A stretch of 63,680 bases of DNA, filler included, from Octopus bimaculoides (Eukaryota), in the NCBI RefSeq assembly GCF_001194135.2. It is 12 parts of 10 records of this genome, joined end to end, with 100 filler letters (N's around TTAATTAATTAA, not from the genome) between each part and the next. Parts side by side here need not be neighbours in the genome. Positions count along the whole stretch, not along the records: positions 1 to 15,445 come from NC_068983.1; positions 15,546 to 21,804 come from NC_068998.1; positions 21,905 to 27,816 come from NC_068989.1; 9 more parts are not named here. The stretch is one strand, 5' to 3'. A program made the position numbers and the translations under genes. Shown here in pieces: positions 14,855-27,565 of this stretch. The notes below the pieces were generated by a model. The model saw only the letters and a program-made list of their open reading frames with translations, was not told the origin of the DNA and did not search any database. The first letter of the stretch is position 1, and each line of letters starts with the position of its first letter.

Positions 14855-15208
14855 ACTGAGATAGCTAGGTATCTCCTCTACAGCAACACACCTATTTCTG
14901 TCCCTCTATCATAGTTTAACCTCTCATCACCTCTCACTTGGACTCCTCCCTCAGTATTACTTCCTATCTCAGTTGAGAGGTCTTTGTCTTGCAAGTTACT
15001 TGCTGACCTTGTCAGTGCTGATGTCATGTACAAAGCACCCAGTACATTCTGTAAAATAGTTGTAATTAGGAAGGGCATCCAGCAGTAGAAACCATGCTAA
15101 AACTTACCAGCTCCTGTCAAACTGTACAATTCATGTCAGCATGAAAAACAGACATTAAATGATGATGAGGAGGAGGAGGAGGAGGAGATATATCATCATC
15201 TAGGGAAA

Positions 15209-15445
15209 GAGGGCGGCTTATAAATGCCAAAACCTACCCTGGCGAAGAATGTACCCCACAACATAGATTAGTAGTTAGCGACTTTGGGATCAAGGCAAAA
15301 TGGGTGCCCAGAATTAGACAGGCTTGGAGAAGAAGGGTGTGGAAGCTTAAAGACCCTGCAAACGGACAGAGACTTAGAGACAAGTTACTTGAAGCATTTA
15401 ACGAAATAGAAGGGGATATAGCATCATACAATGTGGAAGACAATT
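15209..15445 (+). mobile_element. RTE LINE fragment (end of endonuclease and linker), cut by the spacer
   Basis: RRLINAKTYPGEECTPQHRLVVSDFGIK...RRVWKLKDPANG. Confidence 0.75.
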
Positions 15446-15545
15446 NNNNNNNNNNNNNNNNNNNNNNNNNNNNNNNNNNNNNNNNNNNNTTAATTAATTA
15501 ANNNNNNNNNNNNNNNNNNNNNNNNNNNNNNNNNNNNNNNNNNNN
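15446..15545. other. Artificial 100-bp assembly spacer (44N-TTAATTAATTAA-44N). Identical spacers occur at 21805-21904, 27817-27916, 40397-40496, 43429-43528, 46901-47000, 52688-52787, 54628-54727, 57388-57487, 61148-61247 and 62478-62577.
   Basis: Same length and layout 11 times. The 12-mer is self-complementary and places TAA in all six frames. Confidence 0.97.
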
Positions 15546-15866
15546 ATCTTTCAACGAATTTGCTATGAGACAGCACTTCCCTCTCTACTCTCATCTTTCT
15601 TTTCAGGTGGAACTTGAAAAAGTTGATGAGGCCTTGGCCAAAGAGGAAAGTGTCTGTCTTTAGCCCTTTCAAACGGGTCCACCACGTCACCTCTTTCGCT
15701 ACAGCCACTAGGCATAGGAAAATTGCCTTGCCCTCCCGGTTAAAGGAGGTCGGCGGGTCAATCCTCACGAAGGATTCAGCTGATAGCCGGATCCGTCCTA
15801 CACGCGACAGTAGCTGTTCGATATAAACCCACAGGTCAGCAATGCTCGGGCACTGGATGAGTGCGT
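15546..15866 (-). mobile_element. L1/Tx1-clade LINE ORF2 C-terminal fragment
   Basis: Open frame YALIQCPSIADLWVYIEQLLSRVG...AKEVTWWTRLKG...HLKRKMRVEREVLSHSKFVER. It fits the post-zinc-knuckle C-terminus of Tx1-like ORF2 (H....C.....W ... AK..IW..R ... ER.....F...W). Confidence 0.6.
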
Positions 15867-15900
15867 AACAGCAACAACAACAACAACAACAACAACAACC

Positions 15901-15949
<49 letters not shown>

Positions 15950-15954
<5 letters not shown>

Positions 15955-16100
15955 TCGAAAAATACCTTAAGAATGAGAGCCCAGGTTCAAAATTTCCCCA
16001 AGACACCTGATGAAGGCTGGAGGGTATATCAGCTGAAACGTGTTAACAACAAACAAGATGAGGACAAATATCCGTCAATTGTAAATAACGTAAATAATGT
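15950..16100 (+). mobile_element. Penelope-like terminal-repeat (pLTR-type) fragment, family 1, carrying a degenerate hammerhead at 16002-16046
   Basis: Highly similar to 50297-50450. Contains gacac-CTGATGA-a-ggctg..cagct-GAAAC. It follows an (AAT)n tract. Confidence 0.65.
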
Positions 16101-16829
16101 ACGACGTCTTAATCTTAAATTATAATAATTCATACAAACGTGCAGGAGCACAAACACACATACGAGCATTACACTTGAGCGCACACAAAAGTGATACAAC
16201 TTTTACTTAATCAGTAACAAGCAACGTTGCTGTTTTTAAGAAAAATACTTTTAAACGAAAAGAAAAATGCTTACTATTTAATGTCATGCAGGAACACATA
16301 CACACGCGCGCGCGCATATACACACACACACATTCATATGCACCCCACCCCAATACACAAAACTAAACGTATTCACTCTACCGTGTCGGCCTTAATTTTC
16401 GGTGCAAAATATATTGTTACGTCACACTAACGCTCGGACGCAGCGGGGAACGTAAAAAAGGTTTTAAACTTAATTACATGATCATTCTCTACAAAACTTG
16501 CAAATATTAAGAGCATTGATTGTTTGGGTACTGTCACTAGGCATGTTCACAAAACCGTGTCAGCCTTAAGACGGCAAACATTGCCATTTGACATTAATAC
16601 ACGAACGTGACAGGGAACCTACAAAAATTTCTAAGACCAGTCAAGTGCTTTCTAAAACATACACTAATTTGAACAATGTACTCCCTATAAAAATAGGACA
16701 AGCTTCAAACATTAGTCGGAAGAAAGAGAGTTGCGGCATAACCCACATCTTTCTATCTCAACGTTTGAAAATGAGTGTAAGCTATGAAATTGGTTAAATC
16801 ATTAAATATAATAAAAATATTTTAACTAT

Positions 16830-17200
16830 AGGCGTAGGTGTGGTTGTGTGGTAAGTAGCTTGCTTACCAGCCACATGGTTCTGGGTTGAGTCCCACTGCA
16901 TGGCACCTTGGGCAAGTGTCTTCTACTATAGCCTCGGGCCGATTAAAGCCTTGTAAGTGGATTTGGTAGACGGAAACTGAAAAGAAGCCCGTCGTATATA
17001 TGTATATATATGTGTGTGTGAGTGTATATGTTTGTGTGTCTGTGTTTGTCCTCCCAACATCGCTTGACGACCGATGGTGGTGTGTTTACATCCCCGTAAC
17101 TTAGCGGTTCGGCAAAGTCATGGGTCGATTTGCTCGACTAAAGGCGGTGCTCCAGCATGGCCGCAGTTAAATGACTGAAACAAGTAAAAGAGTAAAAGAG
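16830..17200 (+). mobile_element. SINE family A, near full length (3' part repeated at 17962-18096 after a gap)
   Basis: The head ggcgtaggtgtggttgtgtggtaag...gggttgagtcccact has A/B-box-like tRNA features. It has an internal (TA)/(TG) tract and a tail actgaaacaagtaaaagag. Confidence 0.85.
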
Positions 17201-18097
17201 TATATATATATATATATATANNNNNNNNNNNNNNNNNNNNNNNNNNNNNNNNNNNNNNNNNNNNNNNNNNNNNNNNNNNNNNNNNNNNNNNNNNNNNNNN
17301 NNNNNNNNNNNNNNNNNNNNNNNNNNNNNNNNNNNNNNNNNNNNNNNNNNNNNNNNNNNNNNNNNNNNNNNNNNNNNNNNNNNNNNNNNNNNNNNNNNNN
17401 NNNNNNNNNNNNNNNNNNNNNNNNNNNNNNNNNNNNNNNNNNNNNNNNNNNNNNNNNNNNNNNNNNNNNNNNNNNNNNNNNNNNNNNNNNNNNNNNNNNN
17501 NNNNNNNNNNNNNNNNNNNNNNNNNNNNNNNNNNNNNNNNNNNNNNNNNNNNNNNNNNNNNNNNNNNNNNNNNNNNNNNNNNNNNNNNNNNNNNNNNNNN
17601 NNNNNNNNNNNNNNNNNNNNNNNNNNNNNNNNNNNNNNNNNNNNNNNNNNNNNNNNNNNNNNNNNNNNNNNNNNNNNNNNNNNNNNNNNNNNNNNNNNNN
17701 NNNNNNNNNNNNNNNNNNNNNNNNNNNNNNNNNNNNNNNNNNNNNNNNNNNNNNNNNNNNNNNNNNNNNNNNNNNNNNNNNNNNNNNNNNNNNNNNNNNN
17801 NNNNNNNNNNNNNNNNNNNNNNNNNNNNNNNNNNNNNNNNNNNNNNNNNNNNNNNNNNNNNNNNNNNNNNNNNNNNNNNNNNNNNNNNNNNNNNNNNNNN
17901 NNNNNNNNNNNNNNNNNNNNNNNNNNNNNNNNNNNNNNNNNNNNNNNNNNNNNNNNNNNNNCTAGCAGTTCAGCAAAAGAGATAGAATAAGTACTGGGCT
18001 TACAAAGAATAAGTCCTGGGGGTCGATTTGCTCGACTAAAGGCGGTGCTCCAGCATGGCCGCAGTTAAATGACTGAAACAAGTAAAAGAGTAAAAGA

Positions 18098-18135
<38 letters not shown>

Positions 18136-18189
18136 GTAAGATCCGGGGATCGAGGTGTAGGAAGAAAGTTAGCTTCAAGCAATCTGTAG

Positions 18190-18245
<56 letters not shown>

Positions 18246-19089
18246 CATCTATCAAAGTCATAGTTACAGCTTGGAATCCCCTCGATTATCTTTTTCATAA
18301 CACTCTTTAAACTGCATATTTTCGAATGAACTTTCGCTCAAATAATTTTCGTTGATATATATTATGATTGAGGAAATAAATTTACAAAGGAAAAATTTAA
18401 AGAAATGAGATATGTCTTGAATTATTCACCGCCTGCTAACTTTGTTACCATCAATTTCTGTTAAGCATTTTTCTTAATTTTGTAATTGTAATCTACACCC
18501 ACGAATACGTAGGTCTGAAAAATTCCATTTTAAAATATACATAGTTGAGAAAGTTATGAGAAAGCAAAACCATGAGCAGGAGAATGTTCAAGAACGCCTC
18601 TTACCATGTTAATAAAATAATAATTTTATTAACATGGCCGTACACTATACCATCGAAAAGGTACCTCTGTAAAATTTCATGAAGAATAGGCATCCTCCAC
18701 TAAGTGATGAAGAACTTAATTCGGAGTGGTGCTTAATTGCATTTACACAAAATCTTCGTCGATGTAAAAGCACCATCAAATTTACGAATTATTGCAATAT
18801 TTTTCATTTAAACAATGAGAGCAAAACCTTTTAAGTACGAAATTTATGAATGGCTTTTCCGATTCTTCCGAATAAATGTACCATATTCTATCATTAGGAA
18901 AAGTCTCGTAATTTTTTTTAACAACAGTAGTGTGGTAGTTGAAACAAATAATGATATCATTCAATGATGTTATTGAACATGTATTTTAAGAAAAAAAAAA
19001 AGAAATTTTTCTCACATTTGTGTAAAGCTGGTCGATATTTTTTTATTATTACGTACTGAATTCCATTCCCTATCAATATAAAAAAGAAA

Positions 19090-19810
19090 GAAAAAAACAT
19101 TGATGTCAGACGTCCTATCAATAACACTGATCTTTAACTTTTGTTATCAATAACACTGGGTTCTATCATTTCCAATTAACAACACTGGAATGTAACATTT
19201 CCAATCAATAACGCTTGTGTCTGTCATCTGCCAATTATGCCAGTGTCTCAGATGTCCCAGCAATAACACTGTTATATGACACTTCCTATCAATCAATAAT
19301 AATGTTTTGTGACATTTCCTATTAATCACACTGGTGTCGATCATTTCTTACTAACAACACTGGTAGGTAACATTTCCAATCAATAACACTGTTGGTTGAC
19401 ATTTTCAATCAATAACCCTGTTGTTTATCCATTCTTATCAATGACAATAGTGTCAGACATTTACTACCAATTGGTGTCTGACGTTTTCCATGAATATAAA
19501 TTTTCTGATATTTCGTATCAATAATATTCTTATCTGATATTAGCAAAAGGTGAAACTGGTGTCCAGCATTTCCTATCAATAACACTTTTGCGTGTTTTTT
19601 CATATTTGTTATCCATCAGTTCTTGTCTATAACACCGGTGTCCGTCATTTCTTGTCTACAACTTTGATGTCCAACGTTTAATAACACGGTTTCACACATT
19701 TCCTCCTTATAAAAGTTGTCTGACACTTTCCATAAACAATTCTTGTGAACAATTTCCAAACCATAAAAATAGGTCTCTGACATTCCCTATCTATAACACT
19801 GGTATCTAAA
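19090..19810. repeat. Degenerate ~29-bp minisatellite (consensus ~catttcctatcaataacactggtgtctga), resuming at ~20210-20410
   Basis: Recurrent tcaataacactg cores spaced 29-30 nt apart. Confidence 0.75.
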
Positions 19811-21104
19811 TATTGTAGTAGACACATGAATGCTGTGTTGTGAGTAAACAAACTATTAGATCAGATCAAATATGCTTGGGACATTTAACTCATGAAAAAG
19901 ATGATATTTTCCGTGCAGTTTGCCACACACGGTGTAGAGGATTATCAAATAACGAGAAATGCATTCATCGTTCTGTCAGAGAGTGCCATGTTACTGTTTC
20001 TAACATCCGTTGCCTAAAGCGAGATTTTTTTCTACGTCAAACAGCAGTAAAAACGGACTTTTTACAGTTCAAATACGTCCTAAACATATTTGAACTGATC
20101 TAACTGGTACCTGACATTTTATATGAAAACCTTTTTCGTATTATTAAACTGATTTCTTTGAACTAAGAACGCATTTTACCCGGCATGCTATCGATTCTGC
20201 CTGCTCGCCGTCTTTACTATTATCAATATTAGTGTCTGTTATGTCCTAGCATTAACACACGTGTCTCATATTTCGAATGGATAATATTGGTGTCTATCAT
20301 TTCTTATCAATAGCACTGGACTCTGGCACTTGTCATCAATAACCCTGTTTAATTATACTTCTTGTCAGTAATAATGTTGTCCGTAATTTCTTATCAACCA
20401 CTATGCTCTCTGACATCTCCGATCAGCAAGGACAGAAAGTGTTTGTCCATGACGTTTTTAGGAGCATGAAATGGAAGAGATTATCTAGTGCTGGAATGTT
20501 TGTAATAGTGCAAACGCTATTGCATGCCTCTGCTAGGTTGGCGATCATAGAAGGAATGAATTTCAACTTCCGGTTTTTCTTCATAAATTAATACAAACGC
20601 TTCTTTTACATTGGAATCCAGAAAATGCTTTTCTTTTTCGTTTTTATAAATCTACGAAGGTAATTGTTCTCTATTTATTTTCTGAATTTGTTTTGTTAAT
20701 GTGGTAAAGTTCTAAACAGATATGATTGCTGAACAGCGCCATATTATGTTGTCAGCGTCTGATTTTAATTGCAAAGGGAAACATTGCTCGAGCATGATAG
20801 CTTGTATTGCATTAAAAAATAGTCTCTATAACATTTTTGTCTTCTTAAACTATTTTGGAGGCAACGAGTTTACGCGGGAAACTACGTGATCGATCGGCCT
20901 GGTAGCAACAACAAGATCAACAACAGCTTTCGTGCTACAGAACTCGATCTTATATCTAAATCAACTCAAATTTCAAAAATCTCTGAATCGGCTTGTCATA
21001 AAGTTTTATTCCATTAGGCGCAGGCATGGCTGTGTGGTTAAAAAGTTTGCTTCGCAACCAAGTGTTTCGGATTTACTCTTTCTGTNNNNNNNNNNTATAT
21101 ATAT

Positions 21105-21730
21105 ATACCATCACTGACCATTGTCCTAGCAAAACGCCACCAATGCATGGGCATGAGGTTATGGCATCTGCAGTTGGATTCACCTGGGTTCGCATCCGCA
21201 GCTTATTTGCGCGCTGTGACGCTCTCCTACTTGACCGGGCATCGGAAAGTCGCCTTGCGAGCGATTGCTCAACCTAAAATTTTAGGTTCGATAAGACTCC
21301 ACCCTACTGACATGATCCAGAAACAAGCCAGAGCAAGATATCCTTCATGGGTTGCAGGCTCAGGCGTGTGCGAGCGCCATAATCTCACGCGCAAGTAAAA
21401 CACCCCCAAAATGTTTAATGCCATTCCCTGTATATCAGGTTGTATATCAGACTGACCTTCTAGGGATATGCTTTAGCAAAAGTTTAGGGATGCCTCACTT
21501 CCAGTGGTCTTCCAGCATACCGAACACCAATGCGGAATTTCTGAGAGCTTGCTATTGCAAGATGAATGTTGAACCTACGCTAAATCCACCCGTCCTTTTG
21601 ACACGTCTTGTTTTTAGTCCTGCTAGGTTTCTAGCAACCCTCCTCACCAGGCAACCCTAGTGGGAGTGCCAGTTTAGTCGCCGATGACCCGACCATGCAA
21701 CATGGATTCCATGTTACCAACACCACTCAT
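21105..21730 (-). mobile_element. Degenerate 5' region and endonuclease of a LINE (RTE-like)
   Basis: GC-richer island. The minus strand has YTG....GGVLL, P*RI and GDF-like remnants with many stops. Confidence 0.4.
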
Positions 21731-21767
21731 GTGACACTTTACAAATGATCTGACATTCATACATACA

Positions 21768-21803
<36 letters not shown>

Positions 21804-21904
21804 TNNNNNNNNNNNNNNNNNNNNNNNNNNNNNNNNNNNNNNNNNNNNTTAATTAATTAANNNNNNNNNNNNNNNNNNNNNNNNNNNNNNNNNNNNNNNN
21901 NNNN

Positions 21905-21952
<48 letters not shown>

Positions 21953-22009
21953 CCATACATATATATATTTGTGTGTGTATGTATATATATGCGTATATAT
22001 ATATATTGT

Positions 22010-22190
22010 TGAAATTTATAGAAAGACAAAATACGAAGATAGGTGTATGGACAACAAGCAGGTGGATTAGTTTAACGCTCGGGAAAGTAAAAAAGTCTTT
22101 TACGTTTCGAGCCTACGCTGTTCAGTGAAGATAGGAGGTGGGTAGGAGTGAAGAGAGGAGAGGAGGGTAGTTGAACCCACGTGGAGCAAA
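22010..22190 (-). mobile_element. Penelope-like terminal fragment, family 2 (second copy at 33950-34150), with a hammerhead-like remnant
   Basis: Shares ...tttcgagcctacgct...ttca with 34041-34078. Minus-strand FAPRGFN resembles the GIY-YIG C-terminal L.T..P.G.N motif. Confidence 0.5.
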
Positions 22191-22289
22191 GGGTGTCGTG
22201 TCCCTAATGTGGACACGACACCCTTGATATGACTGTGTGTATGATGACGTCAAGTGCTTCATTAATTAAAATTAATTAAAATTAAGCTT

Positions 22290-22823
22290 ATGGAAATCGC
22301 AGTTGTCAAATGAAAATTTAGTTAATTTTCTTAAGGGCAAAGAGCTGAAAAATAGTATGTCAGTCACCTGGAATTGTTGCCAATGGAATTTCAGGAAAGA
22401 TTTCTTGATTTCTCATCTTTTGAACATCCGTTTGCATTATTCTCAGCACCATTCACCTTTGATATTGCTAAGGCAGAAGAAAACCTGCAGATGGAACTAT
22501 TAGAAATGCAGTCGGAGTCTTCACACAGAGCAAAGTATTTCTAAGTGGAGATACCTGGCTTCTTTTCATACCTTCCTGATAACTTTAAAAACTTCAGAAA
22601 GTCTGCCACAAGCATTACGGCATTGTTTGGTTCTACCTTTGTGCGTGAACAGTTATTTTCCTTCATGAAATCAACAAAAACTTCTCAGAGAACAAGCGTG
22701 ACTGATCAACACTTGTCATTTCTGATTAAAGTCGGAACTGCACAGACATTTCAGCCAGACATACCAAAAATTGTCAGTAAAAAGAGGTGCCAAGCCTTGG
22801 GACAAAACACTAAAAATGTTTGA
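22290..22823 (+). mobile_element. hAT transposase C-terminal remnant (SPIN/GTF2IRD2-like dimerisation domain)
   Basis: ORF 22545-22823 ALFGSTFVREQLFSFMKSTKTSQRTSVTDQHL...FQPDI matches the hAT FGSTY.CEQ.FS.M...K...RS.L.D.HL motif. Confidence 0.8.
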
Positions 22824-23161
22824 ATAGTCGTACATAAATGTTCATTTTGAACTATTGTTATTTTTGTGCAATGTATTTGTTGCTGTTGGATTCAAATCTA
22901 TGTTACCATTTAAAATTACGTTTTTTTCTTTTGTTAAACTACTTCATTACTTTGCATTCTTGAATGTGGCAAAACCATATATTTCTAAATTTAAGTAAGA
23001 AAAATATTCTGCAATAATTTTTATTAAATGACTTCACTTAAAATTGAAGCGAGTGCAGCCCTCATGACAACACACAAACTTGACCCATATGGCCCTCGAG
23101 AGCACCTCCATTTGACATGCCTGGTGTATACGATATATAATAAATTAAATATGTAATATAC

Positions 23162-23204
<43 letters not shown>

Positions 23205-23474
23205 CTTGTGTGTGCGTGTGCGCGTGTGTATATGTGTGTATATGTGTGTGTATATACATACATATATATATACATATATACCAGTGAAACTTTGGATTTA
23301 TTAATCCCTAATGTGGACACGACACCCTTGAAATAACTGTGTATATATATACATACACACACTCACCACACTCACACACATCGACCGGAAAAATGGCATA
23401 TATATATATAAATATAATTTAGATATGTTACGATCAAAGATTGGTCGTGACCATATCTAACTTAATAGCACCAC

Positions 23475-23509
<35 letters not shown>

Positions 23510-25583
23510 CAAATTGTAAATGAGTATATGCATATATACGTACAGGTATGTGCATACCGACATCCACCTGTATGTATAGGTGCATATCTGGGTACAGGAC
23601 ATTGCAAACAAAACGTAGACGAGAAAACACACAAGCCACATAGAGAACATTCTACTTCATCAGCTACCCACGTTTTAACACCGGCGTTTCGACGAGCTTG
23701 AGCAGGAAGCATCGTTAAAACGGCTCATCCCATGGACCGCAGATTAAATTTGTATACGCAAATTAAATCTTGCCATGGAGGAATGTAGTGGCGGACAAAA
23801 AACAAGACAGGAAAACAAACAGAAAAGGCTTTACGGCCAGACGAGAAAAATTATGTGTGTATGAACGCTGTGAGGCACGAACTTGAGAGGGACGAAGGTT
23901 CGCGTGTTTGCTCGGCGATAGCCAAGGAAGAAAAGGATTATTGACCGGAAGCATGTGACCATGCCGGTGTAAGGGGAAGAGAGAGATTGGTAAAGGGAGA
24001 AACAAAGGGAGGAAGTAGAAGAATAGGTAAGCAACGAGAGGAAAAGAGAAAGAGAGGAAGTACGAGGGGGAAAAAAAAGATACGTAGTAGTAACAGAGGA
24101 AGAACGAGAGGGGTAAAGCGAGATACGTAGTAGTAAAGAGGAAGAACGAGAGGGGGGAAAAGATAGAGGAAGAGAAAGAGAAAGAGTAGCATATATATAT
24201 GGACGTTTATGTATGCGTACGTACACATGTATATGTATGCATACGTGTATGTATATAAATCTGCAATGAAGCGGAAAGTGAGGGAGAGCTGTAGGATAGA
24301 AACTGAAGTAGACTGCCGCCTGATTGTCACGTGATTTTGAACACAGTCCATAACATGCATTTGGGTCAGTTTGTCACTCCTCACCATGGCCAAGCCTATC
24401 TCTATAACAAAGATCTTACCTACGTCGCTTCTAACCACATACACAAAGTCAACAAATATACGATGCTGCACTTTCTGGATTCTAACATCTCTACACGTAA
24501 CTACTAATTGTTCCTGCTTGCCAGGCTTGTATTCCTAATACCTATCGACAGGAGATTTTATTTTGGAACCTTCGAATTTAAACCGTCACCTATAGATCCA
24601 TTTAATTCTATGGGTAATTTTCCACTGCAATCCTGACCTTCCGTACACGTGGCATACCTAAAACATGCCGATTAATAAATTCTTTCATTTCTGGAAATTC
24701 CACTTATTCATAACACGGTCTGCACAAATTTAAGGTTTGGCTCTATATCTAGGTGCAATATAAAAATAAAAAATGCAGTCTTTACAAAGCATAAAGAAGT
24801 GTTCAATGTGAAAAAAACCCAAACAAAAACAGAAAGAAAGAAAAGAAACTTTATGTATATTCGTAGATTTATATTGTTTACAAGACTACAAAAAAGTATA
24901 AACCAACCACGAAAGAAAAAGCCTGATCGCCATATTTACAATGGACTAATAAAAATCTATGCAATTTAGCCTTTCGGCCTCCGCCACCTCTGCCTCATTA
25001 CTACTACTACTACTACTACTGCTACTGCTACTACTGCTGCTGCTACTAATGCTGCTGCTGCTGCTGCAGCTGATTCTATTATTACTATTACTGATGATGA
25101 TGATGAAGATGACGACGAGGACGATGGTTACGACGACGGTAACCAGCATAACAGTCGGCTATTAACTTCCTGAGTTCAACTCTTACAGATATCAACTTAA
25201 CCTTTCATGTTTTCGGTATTCAATAAAATTAAGTAACTGGAGTCAATGGTGCCAACTAGCCAGCTCCCATTAAAAATTGCTGACCTAGTGACTAAAACAT
25301 GAAGCATTATTAGATGCTGGGTGAATTTATCCCGTTTTTTTTACATTTTGAGTTCAAATCCCTCCAACGTTAACTTTGCCTTTCATACCAGCATTGGAGT
25401 CGATAAAATAAGTCCCATTCTAGGACTCGAGTCGAGTGAATCGATGAACCTACCTCCTCAAAAATTGTTAGGTTTGTGCTTAAATCAAGAGCCATTGTTA
25501 TTTGCTGGATATGAACTCATAAACTTGAAAATAAAATCCAAGTCAAATATTCAGCCGGGAAGAGATTACGTTTCTCGACTCAG

Positions 25584-25620
<37 letters not shown>

Positions 25621-26919
25621 ATATATCAATCTGTCTATTTTCATTTCTCTTACTTTTCTCACTGTTCACCCCACCCATTTTCACTCTCTTTACTTTACTT
25701 GTTTAAAAGTTATTTTCAAAATATTTGTTTTCTCTTTTTCTTTTGGATTTTTTTTCTACTAAAAATTCTCACCCTTTAACATCGAATACAATAGGAACCT
25801 TGCACAAAGCTATTCAGGGGATAAATCTCTTTAGTAGTGTTGAGTTGTTATGTGCTTTTAAGCAAACCTGAATATATGTGGGTTTATGAGAGTATTTGCT
25901 TACTTATTTATGTTGCTTTCTAGACGGCTGGCAATGGCTTAGATGTGTTAAGCCACAATTCATTTTGCGACTTGTGCAAGGTCATACGCTACAATTTATT
26001 TCTTTTTGCCCTCCATCATGTAAGACAATCCACAGAATAAAAGTCATACCTGTTATATACTGAAATAATGCAATTCGATATTTCCTGATCTAAATTTTCC
26101 TATAAACGTTACTTTACAAATCAAAAGGAAAATCAAGTTATATTTTTAATTATGCCTAAAGACCTTGCCCTTAAGAAATTGATGTTAGGACATCGTGGTG
26201 TTCAAACCTTGCCCAGGAGCATTTGTAGCACAAATTAAATAAACATATTTCAGCATGGAATCTACTGTTGAGTTACAAACTACCAAGGCGACTCTTCTCT
26301 GTGAAAGCATATTAAGTTTTAAAGTCGGTGGGTACGCGGTTCGAAAATTATAGGAAACGAAGTTAAGTTATATTTTTAGAAGTTTCATACCTGTATGAAT
26401 AAAATTTAGTAGAGTGCGCTTAATACGATGTTTGAAGTTATATGTTCGGGTTCCCTGATCTCTGAATTCAAATCCTGCCGAAGTCAACTTCGGATCCTCT
26501 CAGGATCGATAAATAAAATGTCAGTCCAGGTCTGGAATCAACTATTCTTCTCTCTATAATTTTATCTCTCTTAGTCTTTCTAGAAGTAGTCGGTCGAGTT
26601 CAAACCTGGAAAAGGATGGTCTTGTCTAAAATACCGAAGATAAGCCGTACATCACGATGGGCCCCTTACTATTACATCAGGAGTTGAGGAACCCCAAGGA
26701 AAGAAGAAATCTGTACTAATAACGATAGACATTATTGGTAATATTGTTTTCAAATTTTGGCAGAAGACCAGCAAGCTCGGGTGAAGAGGTAGGTCGATTA
26801 GATCGACCTCAGTAATCAACTGATACTTATTTTATCGATCACTAAAGGATGAAAGGCAAAGTCAACCTCGGCGGTATTTGATACACACGCACACACACAC
26901 ACACATACACACGAAAAAA

Positions 26920-27357
26920 GGTGCTGTAAATAGAAAACTACAACGCCTACCAATTCGACATTTAATCTTCGAATTAGTTTTTTTTTTCCCGAAGCCAACA
27001 CACTTTATCCAGCGCTGTTTCCATTGCTGGAAGCATTCATGGATCTCCTTTCTGAGGGACAGTGAGCATCTGCCTTGTCGCATTCTCTTTCATTTTCTTG
27101 AAATCCTGTTGGTGGTGGTGGTGGTGGTGGTGGGGGGTCTTCCACTGCAAATTTTGAGCCTTGTTCGCGGTGTCGTAGCTATAGACCCACGATTCGTCAC
27201 ATGTTATGACCGTTTTCAAAACGTTTTTGTCTTTCTCAATGCAATCAAGGAGATTTTGCACAACTGAAACCCTATCTATTTTTTGAGACGACTATATCTG
27301 CATACTTTAGCTCCGTTACCATAACAACAGGTTTGATACTTTTTGACCAGACTTCAT
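26920..27357 (-). mobile_element. Internally deleted mariner
   Basis: VITCDESWVYSYD...KAQNLQWKTP is joined directly to the C-terminal HECFQQWKQRWIKCVG. A TIR-like tatgaagtctggtcaaaaagtatc lies at about 27335-27357. Confidence 0.8.
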
Positions 27358-27534
27358 ATATATATATATATATATATATTAGTATGCATATTAGCATTTC
27401 GCTAAGTCAGCCATAAACTTGTATGGTAAATATATATACTGACCGGTCGATTAAGCCAAACCATCCAAGCAATTGAGTAGCTACTGCTGGTGAGTTCTGC
27501 AAGTAACAGACGAAACTAGTCTAGTCAAGTGCTT

Positions 27535-27559
<25 letters not shown>

Positions 27560-27565
<6 letters not shown>

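Noticed and set aside
17115-18130. Duplicated SINE-A 3' end on both sides of a long gap
   Set aside because: The near-identical tails flanking N's cannot be distinguished from a scaffolding artefact.
19090-20410. CRISPR-like array
   Set aside because: Units are contiguous and degenerate with no unique spacers. The context is eukaryotic, with no cas genes.
23660-23760. Hammerhead-like ...GUCGAAACGCC on the minus strand
   Set aside because: No CUGANGA-type core in register and no convincing stems.
26430-26880. Inverted SINE-B pair as an ADAR editing substrate
   Set aside because: The copies are short and diverged, and no host transcript is identifiable in this piece.
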